Notes: a model not told the origin generated them from the letters alone. A DNA stretch of 50,862 nucleotides, filler included, from Catajapyx aquilonaris (GCA_000934665.2; 2 parts of 2 records of this genome joined end to end with filler, not necessarily neighbours in it), one strand, 5' to 3'; counted from the whole stretch's first letter, positions 1 through 12,743 are shown. A program made the numbers and translations.

Positions 1-6
1 TTTTAC

Positions 7-370
7 CTGCTTCTTCTGTCCGGCCATCTTCGGATATGACTGGTCCGCAACCTGCTGAACCCAAAGGAAAGGAATGGAGAGTAAGAATGAAGAAAAATGG
101 ACGAAAAATTGAGACTTAAAAAGAAACACACTGACCAAACTCCAATCGACTTAGGATTAGTGCCCGGAATGAACACTTGTCTGCGCGGCGCTGGCTGCGC
201 TTCCTGTCCATGCACCGGGTTTCTGCAAAAAATATTTTAAGAATGAAACTGCGGGGAATAAATTAGTACAATTTAATAAAACTCGCTATTAATATAATAT
301 TGATTTAAATAGCGGAAATATTGCAGAAAATGCTGCCAACTTCTCAGATCTGGATCAAATATGGCGACCT
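7..370 (-). other. Probable 5' end (small exons) of an unidentified gene transcribed divergently from YTHDF
   Basis: The minus strand has a YY1-like GTCGCCATATTT near 358-369 and acceptor-like ttttttgcag (~224). It also has donor G|gtcagt (~134), a pyrimidine tract ending ttcag (~57) and donor CAG|gtaaaa (6). Reading frame and product cannot be fixed. Confidence 0.35.
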
Positions 371-703
371 ACAGTCATTACACCATAGATGCTATAGACA
401 TCGCCACCTTAAAAATTGGGGGTTAATATTTAAATAAATATGTATATAAATGTGTGATTGTAATTAATTAATAAGCAGTCATGCACATGTTGTTTTCATT
501 TAAATAATTTGATATTAATGCCGGACGGTGCCTGGACTGTGCCGGATCTTAATCAATAATGGCGGTTCGTGCCCGATTTTACGAATTATATATTAAAATA
601 TTTAAAAACATATTTATATTAACATACATTATTGATATTTTTAACGACATAACAATACCGGCTCAAATTTAAAGCTAATTTGCATTTATCGTTATTCCAG
701 CCG

Positions 704-1062
704 ATGTATCGATACATTCCGCCCCCCGCCCCCCCCATTCCGCTGTGGTTGAAATCCTGCCCCGGGGCCGCCCCAGGTTCCCTGCTTATGTTCTATGATA
801 ATTACACTATGAACCGCTTGTTAATTATTTGCTAATTACATGATTACATCTCCCAAATTGGCTCCCATTATTAATTGTGTAAATATCGATACTTGGGAGC
901 AGCTCCTTCCCGGCCTGCGCATGCGCACTACCCTTCCTCCCCTCTCAACCCCCCTTCCCCCCCCACTCGAAAATATCAAGAAAAAAAAAATATATTCTTT
1001 TTTTCCAAAAAGAAAAAAAAAGTGTGATCCCGGATCGTCGGGAGTAGTTGTCGGCCATTGTT
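704..1062. promoter_or_regulatory. Housekeeping-type, probably bidirectional promoter of YTHDF
   Basis: Two DRE sites TATCGATA (707-714, inside the 14-bp palindrome ATGTATCGATACAT at 704-717; and 884-891). Perfect NRF1/Ewg palindrome TGCGCATGCGCA at 916-927. YY1/Pho-like GGCCATTGTT near 1053-1062. C-rich tracts. Confidence 0.6.
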
Positions 1063-1421
1063 TAATAGTTTCCCCCCCTCATCCAGCTTGTGTTCCTTTT
1101 TATTTCCTTGTCGAGGCCCCGAGAAAGACCCCAGTGGAGTGGAGGGGGGTTGCCGCCGCCTGGCCTTCGCGGGATAAGACTAGTAGTTTAGTAGAGAAGG
1201 GGGCGAAAAAGGAACGCAAGGAGTGTGTGCCTGTGGTGTTCTATTTTTCGCCCAGGGGCCCCGGGGACCTGCCCGTCTGAACACACCGGGTGTGGCCCGT
1301 AGTGCGTGTGTGTGTGTGTGGGGCAAGGGGGATAAAAGGAAGTTGGGGGAAGAAAAAAAAAAAGGAAGTTGTGTCGTGTGTGGAGAGGGTGGACTTGGGT
1401 CTGGGGTGTTTTTTACAGTTC

Positions 1422-4400
1422 ATGTCAGCAGGTGTGTCCGATCATCAGGTTGGTTTCAGAGCATAATTAGTAATTCTTGAGGGGGGCGGCTTGCAAATCA
1501 TAACTTGTAACAAATTACTGTGTGGCCGCTTACTTACATAGCGATTATTCCGGCAATTATTTTCATCTGTCCCGATATATCCGGTATTTATCAGAGAATG
1601 TTGCTTTCCGCACATTTACCCAGGTTTAACAGGTTACTTGGGCGGCACCAAACTTGTAATGTAACAGGGTTAAGCGCAATTATAGGTTGAAAAATGCGAT
1701 GGAACTTTGTACTATCTGTCACAAAAAGTTTTGGCCCGAAATGAAAGAGGCAGAAAGTACATGTTGGTAATTACAGAACTTAATGGAACATGACCGCAAC
1801 CAGGAGGGTACATTTGTGGCGTAAATGGTTACGCACAATTGAGGGGCTGAGCGGACAAATGGACTAAGCGAGATGAACGGTAGAACAAAAATGTAATGTA
1901 GCATGTCCGATATCCGTTAAACAAGATTCGGAGACGATTGTGTGCATTTGGTTTGAATGCAAAATTGTTTTCCGTCTTTTTTGAGCGCATATTGGCAGAA
2001 ACTTCATGGATGCTACCGTGTACAGTTGGCATCGTACCGTACTTAACGACGTACTGTACATCGCAGCGTTTGTAGTGCCCATTACATGAGTTGCACTGCG
2101 ATGCCACCCAGAAGTTACCTCCTTGTACAGTGCTGGACAAATTAGCCATCGCTGAATGTTTTTTTCTTGTCGGCGACGGCGCTGCGTTACCTGGCAACCC
2201 CGTCCGGCGGGCCAATTCAAACACCAGCACATGGAGAGCGCTTCCATTGTTGCCACTGTTTACAAATCGAACGAGTGACGCGGACGACCCAGCGACGAGT
2301 CTCTTCTGCCTGCGCACTCACCCACTCGATTTGTAAACAGTGGCAACAATGGAAGCGCTCTCCATGGGCTGATGTTTGAATTGGCCCGCCGGACAGGGTT
2401 GCCAGGTAACGCCGCCGTCGTCGCCGCCGGAAAAAAACATTCAGCGACGGCTATTATGTCCAGCACTCTACGGCCAGTACTGAGAATTTACCGTATTTGA
2501 CAGCATATAAGACCATCCATTTCAGCAGATCAGATTCAGAAAAAAAATTTAATCTTGGTTTTAATGTCTGTAAGACGCAGAAGTAATTTTTTGGGGGAAA
2601 AAGTGTGTTTTATATGCCGTCAAATATGATAAATATTTTATTAAGCCGTTAAGCAACGTTGGATTCGAATCGTACGTTACAAGTGAAGTACGTAGCACTG
2701 TGCGTAATGGTGTTTCACTGATGCCATGCATATAGTGCAACACAGCACTGGATAGAGCCCGTAATGTAATTATTGTTTAGTCCCAGTTGCACGGGAGAAT
2801 TACAGTTATTCAGCGCGTTATCTGGACAGCTACGTGATGTTTTTCCGTGTATGCCATGAATTTTTTCCCATAACTTCTGCACGTGCTTTGTCTAGTGAGT
2901 CGCACAGACTGGTGTGGACATGGCTACTGTGCTGATAAATAATTTATCAGCATAGTAGCCCGCAGCAGTGTAAATTTCATATCATTTAATTATTAAACGG
3001 CATGAAATTTACCCTGCAAGTGCACTGCCTTTTAAATTATTTTTAATATTTCATGATTACAATTCAGTTTACATTTATGGCTAAATACATTATAACAAAT
3101 GGTTTTTCGCTCTCTGTTTTTACTTTCCTTTCCCATAGTCTGCCCCATATGGTACTTCATAAAAGGCCGCAATGGGAACATGTTGTGTCGGTAGCATTAT
3201 GCACTCTGTTGTAGGTCAGTGATTTGCCGTGCGGTAATGAATGTATTGAACACGCATGTGTATGTTAGCAGGTGCGTTGCCAATATTATGTAAGAAATTT
3301 CAAAGCGACGAGGCAATGCAACCGTGAAATAATGGGTTGGAAATTGTTACAATATATATACAGTTGCGTATGATTCTAATTATTTTATGGTGGTTAGACC
3401 CACATTCTCCGCAACCATTTTAATTTGTACTGGATACGGATTGTCGATTGTGTCGAGAGAGTTATCTACTCTGCAGGATATTTTGACGCCTCACAATTTT
3501 TTGGCAGTCGCACTCACTATTCATTCATACATTTCTGTACCACGTTGAGTATGAGGGAGGATATAACAATGCAGCATTGTTTTCAGCACTTCATGGAATG
3601 CTAATTGTGCCAAAGACTACATATTTTCAGATGAGCTGCGGTTATGCGAGTAATGCAGGTCGCGTGAACTTTTTTTTTTTTTACATTTGCAAATAGACTG
3701 TAAAAGCAATCGAATTTATTGAGTGGCAGTGCGAGTAGGAAGGGTACTTCAGGATTATCTACAACTAGCTTGAAAGATGTAATGAGCAGCGATTATCATG
3801 CATGATATTTAGGGTTGGAAAAGCAACAAATCCAAAGTGCATGTGGGCAACAAATCAGGCGTTGAACTTGGCTCGGCAGTGTGATAGTAGCGTCCGAGCT
3901 TCCTCTGCATCTATATGTACGGATCCCGAGTTTTTCATTCAAGGAACCGTATCATGGCCATTCAAGTCAACAGCAAATTGCCTTGTTTACATTTGTAATT
4001 TTGTAGTACTATGGTTCCTGCATGTTAAATAATTTACGGCTTGGCAAATTGCTTCCCACAAATCAATACCTATATTTTTGGAGTACAACGATTCGTTGTT
4101 ACTCCCCCCGACCTTCACAGGTATTCAACACCTGAATCAATAGGCATCAAATATTCCTCTCATACCTTTGCTAATGTGCATGTTTACTCCTTCAAGCTTT
4201 CACAAGCGGGAAGAAGTGCGAGACTCTTCTAATCTGAAATCCATATTTCTCCTAATTTTTTTTTTTTTTGTGAGAAAGACATGTTGTCATAAGGTTTTGG
4301 ACTATCTTGATATAAGCGAGAGAAACTAATGAATGCTTTCAACTTGGAATACGTGGACAGTAAGGAGTGGGCCAAGCGTTTAGGGGTGTGTCTTACGCAT

Positions 4401-7400
4401 AGGACTAGAAAATTTTTGTATTGATATGCGGTTTGTGAAACGGTGTGTCGCTGTGACTAATCCACTACATTTTTATTTTCATGTGGCATCAAAAAGCGGA
4501 TGAAAGGTCAAGGTAATCAAGGTAAGCCTGGATTTATTTTGGAAATTATTTTATTGTTGCTTGCTGCGGATGGATTTACAATTTCCTATTTTTTTTATTA
4601 TTGCTGCAGTGTCCAATGGCCCAAAGGACCATGTGAGTGAGCACGAGGATTTCGACTCTTGGAGGAACCAGCACCATCAGGTTTGCGATTTAATTTGGCA
4701 TTCCTTTGGAGTAATTCAACCTATTGCTAAAAAATTGGAGACACAAAAAATATATATATATTTTTTGTTGCCAGTTTACACCATATTAATGTTGCATCTA
4801 AGGTAATTTATTTTGAAAAATAAAACTATAAACGTTGCAAATTGCGACTTTAACTCAGTGCAAGTCTTCCTGTTTACCGAGTTGATTTTCTGCAGTTTAG
4901 ACATTCTTCCTTGTCGCCTATAAATAACCCACCAGGAAAGAAATGCCCAATAAGCAAGCTTCACATGTCACAATCTTTGCATTTTTGTTTCATTGTACCA
5001 GTCTGCGCCTTGGAAACGCTTCTCACTCGGCCAACATGTTGATAGTTAAAATGTTGAAGAAATGCATCTCAAAGATTATAAACGGAATGGTATTGTAGTG
5101 GAAATTCTCAATGCACATAGGTAACTGGCCGCCTCTGGTGAATCTAAAAATGTAATAGGTAATCTTCTCATGGTCCTTAATCCTAATCTGAAGCTAAAGT
5201 AAACCTTGCGATAAGAATAACAGTACTTCATAACACAACCATCTGTCAACAGAGACTTAATTATGTCCGTCCTTTTTCAGGGCTACAACCCGCCAATGTC
5301 GACGTCTATGGCGTCTGACCCTTATCTATCAAGCTACTATGGCACATCCTTCCCGTACCAGGCCTTCGGGGTGGGAGATGGGACCTGGTCAAATGGCGAT
5401 CCCATGACCTTTCTTGGAGGCTATGGAGGCCAGATGGGACACCATGATTCGTACAATCTTGACGGGATGTTCGGAGGGGGAGGAGGTGCCGCCGCTGCAG
5501 CAGCTGCAGCTGCCGCTTCAGGTGAGGCCTATTCCTATTTTCTCGGGAGTAATTTTGTGAGCTAAAAGGGGGAAAATCACTCATCAAGTCCAGCTCTTTG
5601 CAAGTCCGTTGTATGCTCAACTACCGTTTGATACGTCAAAGAGTAATATGTGATTGCCGTTTGTTTATCCAGGTGGGTTTGGAGGGTTCAACCACCAACC
5701 AGCTGCAGCAGCGGCGGCAGCGGCAGCCGCTGCCGGTTTTAATTATGGCTTCCATGGCAATGGCGGCGACTACTCAACATGGGGGAGTTCCTCAATGGTC
5801 CGAAAGCCGTATGATGACTACTACGCCAGAGATGGAGCTGGAGGAGGCGGCGGAGGCGGCGGCGGTGGCGGCAGTGGGGGCGCAGGGGGTGGAGTGGGAG
5901 GAGGGATGTACGGAGTGGAGGAAGTGGCTAGAGGAGGCGGGGCAGGAACTGGGGTCGGGGGTGCTCTGAAGGCAGTGGAGCAGGGGATGCAAGGGTTAGG
6001 TCTGGGTGAGAAGGATAAGGATAAAGAAAAGGTTGAAGCCGTGGGAGTGTCAGCACCGAAAAAGATGACTTGGGCGTCTATTGCGAGTCAACCGGCGAAA
6101 CCGCAACCGGTGCTGAAGAAGAAGACTGGCGGTGGGATACCACCACCACCGATGCTTCCGGGAAAGCACAATTTGGACATTGGCACTTGGGAAGGGAAGA
6201 ATGGCGGAGGAGGTGTGGGTGTGAGTGGGGTCGGAGGTGTTGGGGTGGGGATGGGTGGGGTCGGGGGAGTGGTTGGAGCCAAGGCCGTGGCTCCTCCTGC
6301 CCTGGCAGGTCCGCCTCGCCCGGCATGGGGTGCTCCCAGAGGAAGGGCAGCTGCCGCGGCCGTGGCAGCAGCAGCGGCTGCAGGACATCATCCGCAGCAC
6401 CATCCACAGCATCACCCGGGTCATCTTCAACAGCAGCAGCAGCAGCAGCAACAACAGGTCATTGGAGGACTGGCACAAGTGCAGGGGCCACCACAGCCTC
6501 ATCACTATGCACAGCAGCATGCTCCCAGCAAGTACGTATCTCAATGCAGGAGTGGCTCCTAACTCCGAAGAAAGCATAAAGAATATTGCTGATTTTGTTT
6601 GGTCATTTGATCACGGAGCGGAAGTTCTGCGAGAACAAACCAGTAGCGTTAATCAGTTTTGTGCTTTCCATTACATGTTTTTTGGGATAAAGTGATGATG
6701 AAATTGTGTAGAATATGTCCCAAAGCGTTTCAATTGAAGAACTGGAATACTCAATCAGAAAATATTTTCTACATTGCATGTGTCCCAAGCTGGGATAAAT
6801 TTGTTGTATGGTCTCTTACATTGCTAATTGTGCTTATGCCACTGTAGAAATATTTTTTTTAAATTTGCTGAAAATATTACTGGGAGGTGCCCGATGCCAG
6901 AAGTGTACGTATGTGCACTAGTACGGCCCAAAAAAAGCGCAGTATTTACATTGATAAGCTCCAACAAGTACGCTTAAAAAAACCAGTAATGTCTCATCTC
7001 CAACTCGAATATTTTCAAACTTCGGGCATCTTCGTCTGTGATAATGTGTCTCGCATTATGACTTATGTATTTTCTCTTTCTCCCCCATCTCTCACCTGCT
7101 TTAAAAGTGCGGCCATGACAGTGTCCCTTCCTCCCCCGCCCCCACCTTCCCACCCAGTCTTGGACGACCTCCGCATCCGCAACAACTACAATCCGTGCGA
7201 CTTTGAGCTGACCGCAAAGGGGGCTCGCTTCTTTGTGATCAAGTCATACTCGGAGGACGACATCCACCGTAGCATCAAATACGAGATCTGGTGCAGCACG
7301 GAGCATGGGAACAAGCGATTGGATGCCGCTTTTCGTGAGCGTGAAGCAAAGGGAGGGGGTCCGGTCTTCTTGTTCTTCTCTGTGAATGGTTCGGGCCACT

Positions 7401-8188
7401 TCTGCGGGATGGCCCAGATGACTAGCGCAGTAGATCATGAGTCATGCTCCTCAGTGTGGTCACAGGACAAGTGGAAGGGCCAGTTCAAGGTGCGGTGGGT
7501 TTATGTGAAGGATGTGCCCAATGCGCAGCTACGCCACATCCGGCTGGAGAACAACGAGAATAAGCCAGTGACCAACAGCAGGGACACCCAGGAGGTACCA
7601 TACGAGAAGGGAAAGCAAGTCCTGCGTATCATGCACCAGTTTAGGCACTCCACATCTATCTTTGACGACTTTGTGCACTACGAAAAACGTCAGGAGGAAG
7701 AGGACCAGCGGAAAGCCAGCCAAATCGCTGCTGTTGGGGGAGGAGTGGCCATCGGGGGAGGCGGCGGAGGATCTGCCCCACCGCCGCAGTCCATGGGAGG
7801 AGGTGGCGGCGGTGGCGGTGGACCACCACCAATGCCCTCCATCAAGGTCAGTATTGCTGGTGTACGCAGAATCACCGCGTAATTATTATCGCCTTTCACT
7901 TTCAGCAAGTTAGGCTCCAAAATCGTAACCTCCGAATTGCAAAAGTGTTGTCAGCGAGGCAGCTACTGCATTGCTGGCGTATTTGCTTACATCACCAAAT
8001 TGAAAAATAATTTTTGAATCCCAATTTGGCAAATCACTGAGCCCTTCAATTAGTGTAACAATTGGCACTTTTTTTTTGTGAAAATAATTGCGATAGTATT
8101 GTATTTATCTACTGTACTAATGGTACGCTTTACTTGGCAGGATCGTGAAGGTGGTCGTGGCAGAGGCGGAAGGGGAAGCCGCAACTGA
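1422..8188 (+). CDS. YTHDF: YTH domain-containing family protein (YTHDF, cytoplasmic m6A reader), 7 coding exons, ~669 aa
   Basis: Exons 1422-1448 (MSAGVSDHQ), 4497-4521 (RMKGQGNQ), 4610-4680, 5281-5521, 5673-6531, 7108-7846, 8141-8188 ([15 protein letters not shown]). All introns are GT-AG with matching phases; the total is 2010 nt. YTH domain [32 protein letters not shown]...WSQDKWKG...[11 protein letters not shown] retains the aromatic-cage tryptophans. YTHDF N-terminal motifs [21 protein letters not shown] and LDIGTW are present. Confidence 0.96.
2128..2468. mobile_element. Tc1/mariner-type foldback MITE in YTHDF intron 1
   Basis: Begins CAGTGCTGGAC and ends GTCCAGCACTC, flanked by TA on both sides. 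Near-perfect inverted arms of about 140 bp; no coding capacity. Confidence 0.85.
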
Positions 8189-10240
8189 ACTTCAACGGAG
8201 ACGACACACTTTAGGCGTGCTCTAGTGTTTCCCCCCTCCCGTTTTTCTTTCCCCCGCCTGTCGCCCCCAAAACTTCCTGACTTACGGCTACCCTTTTCTC
8301 CCATCTCCCCTTTACAGATGTAACACACATATTCGACATTCTTTTGGGTGTAACCAGTTTTTTGCCTTCAAATCCACTCCTCTGTGGCCCTCCCCTTCCC
8401 CCGACGAGTTTTTTGGTAGCTCTAACGTTTGTCGCTTTTGGCTTTGTAATACGTGAATTTTTCCTTCCTGGCTGTCCCCTTTACTAACGAGCACATGGAG
8501 ATGGACTGTTTTTTTTTTTCACTCCTTTTTTTTTTCCGCCCTCCCGTTTTGGTACATTTCCAGCAGTATAGATATTGAAAAGGGGGGGGGAACTGTTGAT
8601 AACTGGGATATGCTTAATTAGTAAATGGTGAAAATCGTATATATATAGTATATACTGCAAAAAAAAAGGGGTTACTGATGCAGATTTACAAGACTTTGGT
8701 TGGGTGTGGACTGCTTCCCATGATGTTTATCCTAACTCTTCTTCTTCATGTTACTATTATTACAATGAATGCTGATTATTACTTCTAGTATTCGAGTGTT
8801 TAAGCAAACAAAAAAAAAACAAAAAAATAATAATACGTAATTAAAAAGGGAATCCCACACGTCTGGATCAAGAGACTGGGTTGGTGATAACGAATTGGTG
8901 AATCGGTAATTTTTTTTAATTATTTTTTTTGGGGTGGAAAAACAGTGCAGTGAACTCTTTTTTTTTAGAACTATATATTTTTTTTTTCATGGACACCGTT
9001 TAAGGGAAATTGCTCTAGATGACTGGTTGATTTGATGAAAACCATGTGGATGTGAGGACTAATTTTTTTTTTAACAACCATGTGATGTGAACAGTCACCG
9101 TTTAAAAATATTAAAAAAAAAAAAAGTGCATGGAAGAGCAAAGAATAGTGGACTCCAGTGAAAGAAAGTGAACCTTAATTTTCTTTACCTCCCCCCGCAA
9201 CAAACTCTGGACGGTTTTATCAAAGCGAGTGCGTGACATTTTTTTTTTTCTCCCCCCTAGTGAACATTGCAAACTTTATTCCTGCCCCCCATCTCCCTCT
9301 CCTCGATAACAATTTGACAAAAACTTTGAAAACAAAGAAATGGACAACTTAATCCCCCTCGCCCATCCCCCTCCTGCATTTTTTCATATTTGTGAGCGAG
9401 AGATAGAGAGAGAGAGAAAAAAAAAAAAACATTTAAAAAGGACGAACTTATTTGATATCCGCCCCCCTTGCCTGCCTCCTCTTTAATATTTACTTTACAA
9501 ACTTTTTGATCCTCGTCACCTACTTGGACTCACCAAATGGACATGCATGTTTAAAAACACAGGAGGGACCTCAAAGTGATTTTTTTTTTTGTCTTTCTCA
9601 TTTTTTTTTTTTTGGTGACAATTCACAGGTGAGAGAATACATCCGAAACATCACAACAACAGCGTAAAAAGAAACGTGAAATGAAAAGAAAGAGGGACTA
9701 GTTGCAAGAGGAATGTGGCCTCTCGAGGTGGGCAAGTCCCCCTCCCCAAAATGTACACATATGAAGAAGACGAAGAAAAAAAAAAAGTACATGTTGTTGA
9801 ACTTACCCCCACTTTAACCCAATTACCAATATTTGTAACACGGTTACAAAATAAGGCCCGTCAAATGGACAATGGTGTCGTATAAGCGGAGGCCGCTCGT
9901 GCCAAGGGAATTATGATGCTGGATACGTTAAAGTCATATGAAGATTCGTGACGCGTTCAAATGGCACAGCAAATGTTCTTCACCTTAATACTTGTGTAAT
10001 AATGTGATAGTGCCAATCGCCGCACATAATTTTCCTTGGCACTAGTGGGGAATTAAATCTTTTTAACTTACGACACTTTCGAATGCGTTCATATGGATGG
10101 CCCCAATGTGTTTTTGTGGATACCTTAATGATGATGATGATGATGAAGGAGACGTACTTGTAAGGTGAATGTGGGAGGGGGGATGTGAACCTCGAGGGCT
10201 GATCCAACTTGTGGGACTCTGTTGATAGATGAATAAAAGG
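8189..10240 (+). other. Long AT-rich 3' UTR of YTHDF (end uncertain)
   Basis: Follows the stop codon. No credible ORF or transposon; many U/A tracts. Candidate AATAAA at about 10232. Confidence 0.5.
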
Positions 10241-10566
10241 CCATTGTAGCATGATTGCAGTGATCACTTGGTTGTTTACCTTACAATTTTTTTGGGGGGA
10301 GGGTTTGACTCATATGCTTCATTCGGCAGGTTATCCCGCAGGTGTAGTCCAGAAAACCTTTCTTTTCGGAGTGAGTGCGAAAGCTTAATATTATAGAAAC
10401 AAAAAGTTGTGTTTTTATCGCTATTTATTTTTCATATTCATCGACTTACGACTAGCCAATTCTGCAGAAGGAAGCCAGGAGTGTGCTCGAAGATGCGCAC
10501 CAGGCAAATTCCACGAGGAAACGTAAATACACTACATAATATTTGAAGCAGACTAGGCGATTAATA

Positions 10567-12399
10567 TTATTTGACAATTTCCAGAGCGTATGTGACTGCG
10601 GAGACTGCCATTCCAAAGCACCAGACGTCAAACACAACTCGGAGGTCCTCAAAGGTGTTCATAGCTTCCTTATTCTTCTGAGCGATTAGACCCAGGCCTT
10701 CACTTCTAGCTTTGGCCTGCAGTCCAGGAAGATGATGATGGTAGTTATACGCAGATTCCCACTGGGTCGGCAGTCCGGCTTCAAAGCTGCGGACCAGTGC
10801 GTCCTCTAGAGTCTCCGAGTACACTTCTCCTTTTCCGAAAGCTGGAGCGAGGTACGTGTGCAGGAAACTACTTGGAGACAGACGTATCTGGTTCTCGCCA
10901 GTTGAGGAGACGAAGCTGGGCATTAAGTAATTGGCTCGAAAATTGACAATTATGCAAGCGAAGTCGTCTTCCAATGTTTTCGCCAAGCACTGATGAGAAT
11001 TACTGACATGTGACATCTTGCTTTTCAACTTGACATAATCCGAGACTTCAATTTCGCTCAACACTGGTGTTAGAAAAGCCTGATCAAATTCGGATGTGCC
11101 CCAATTGAAGTCGGATCTGACCAGTGAGCTTAAGCTGTCAGGCATGACCTCTTGACAGGGATGGGTGAAGAACGAGGTCAGTTTGGTCTTGTATCCGCAT
11201 GTGACGATTAGAGCGAAGAGCCAGAGGGACAGAGTGAGGATTCTGTACGAGCGATGAGAAGGCCCTTCCATCGGTTGGTCCACCATCATTCTGGACACCA
11301 GTTCAAACGAGTAGGACAACCTGCCTTTCTTTTCTGGAGGAAGAGACAAGTACAGTGTCAACACAAATGCGAGTAGCGTGAACAATATGACGCACCAGGT
11401 GTTTGTCGTGAATGGATACACTAGAGCCTTCCATGTCCTGATTGCACGAGGCTGACGAGTAGCGTATGTGATGTAGATGAAAGAGAAAGGCGTACCAAAG
11501 TCGATTACTCTCAAGTGCTCGGGGAGTGCCATAAAAATGGGATAGAAGTTAGCCTCCCCTTGGGTCACAATGTCGGTCACATTTGACCAGATAGCTCCGT
11601 ACTGTTCACGATACAGAGTCTTTATGGTGGTGTTCAGCACGTCTTCCCATAGCAACATGATATGTTCCAAGTAGTGAGCTGCCATGTAACCATTTCGCTC
11701 CACCATCTTTCTAGATTCTGGCAGATCCACATTTACGAAAACATACCCAGTGATTGCAAATTTGTTCAGGTTACGAGTAGTGTCCGGATACAGCGATTGG
11801 TTGGGAACGACGCCTCTTGCTAGCAAGGTGTGTCGACCATTGTTGCAGAAGAAGCAGAGAGCGTGCAGAGCAACTGTGTCGTCATACCTGGAGTGTGCAG
11901 CAGCCAGATTGAACCTGATCTGATTGATCGGCGGCTGCATCAGGACCGCTTCACCATCAGTGTCAGGCAACCAGAAGAAGAACTTGTCCAGCTTGTTCCT
12001 TAAATGGACAGTGGAGGCCAGATGTACCAACAGCTGGTTGGCTTTGGATGCTGCGGAAGGTAGAAGGATGTTGAAGGTGCAGCCTCCCTGGGCTGCCCAT
12101 ATTCTGGACCAGTTTCCATACGGCATTGTAGTGAAGGAAATCAGATTTTGTTGGACTGATGATTCCATCCTTGTTATGATCAGAGGTTGATAATCCTGCC
12201 TGAGAATCCTGCGGATATGGATAGGCATTGTTGGTCCATCGGAAGCCAGAACTATGGAGCAACCAGGTCCTTCTTTCTGGATAATATGTGCCAATAATTC
12301 AGTGACGAGCGAGTCATCTTCCATGAAATCACGTCTTGTAACGAGGTTTGCAGCTAATTTGAGGATGGCCAACAAAATTATGGCCTCGAACGTCTTCAT
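10567..12399 (-). CDS. Divergent ionotropic receptor (variant iGluR), intronless, ~610 aa
   Basis: Signal peptide MKTFEAIILLAIL and N-terminal CFFC motif. S1 end IDFGTPF, pre-M1/M1 ALVYPFTTNTW, M3 region LWLFALIVTCGYKTKLTSFFTHP, S2 with CL...FACI and EAGL, and a C-terminal TM segment. Confidence 0.9.
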   Translation of the reverse strand: MKTFEAIILLAILKLAANLVTRRDFMEDDSLVTELLAHIIQKEGPGCSIVLASDGPTMPIHIRRILRQDYQPLIITRMESSVQQNLISFTTMPYGNWSRIWAAQGGCTFNILLPSAASKANQLLVHLASTVHLRNKLDKFFFWLPDTDGEAVLMQPPINQIRFNLAAAHSRYDDTVALHALCFFCNNGRHTLLARGVVPNQSLYPDTTRNLNKFAITGYVFVNVDLPESRKMVERNGYMAAHYLEHIMLLWEDVLNTTIKTLYREQYGAIWSNVTDIVTQGEANFYPIFMALPEHLRVIDFGTPFSFIYITYATRQPRAIRTWKALVYPFTTNTWCVILFTLLAFVLTLYLSLPPEKKGRLSYSFELVSRMMVDQPMEGPSHRSYRILTLSLWLFALIVTCGYKTKLTSFFTHPCQEVMPDSLSSLVRSDFNWGTSEFDQAFLTPVLSEIEVSDYVKLKSKMSHVSNSHQCLAKTLEDDFACIIVNFRANYLMPSFVSSTGENQIRLSPSSFLHTYLAPAFGKGEVYSETLEDALVRSFEAGLPTQWESAYNYHHHLPGLQAKARSEGLGLIAQKNKEAMNTFEDLRVVFDVWCFGMAVSAVTYALEIVK

Positions 12400-12743
12400 T
12401 ATTTGCGGTCGCTGTAATACTTGAAGAGGACAGGAAATGAAATGGCATATTCTGGACACCACCCGAAATCAATTTCATATTGCTTCGAGTGGAAAAGGAC
12501 ATTAATCATTTGTGTGGCTTTTAAAAGAGAGAGAAACGCAATATTTGCATAATCGCAAATGGAAAGCTCCGCCTAAGGGATTGGCACGGCATTGTTGTCG
12601 CAGTTACAAATGATAAACAGCAATTCTGCCAATATGATCATGTCAGTTTAAACAGTGACAGATTGTCTCGCCATAATGTCAACATGCGAATTGACAAATG
12701 CTGTTAATAAGTAAAATCAGGTTCATCAAATTCCTGAAGTGGA

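Noticed and set aside
840..1480. ORFs 840-1280 and 1223-1480 as proteins
   Set aside because: They translate promoter and 5' UTR homopolymer tracts; the real start is the ATG at 1422.
5598..6695. Multiple overlapping ORFs on both strands
   Set aside because: Shadow frames of the GC-rich, low-complexity YTHDF exon 5.
6887..7107. N-terminal part of ORF 6887-7882 as coding
   Set aside because: It is intron 5 read-through; the phase-matched acceptor is at 7107.
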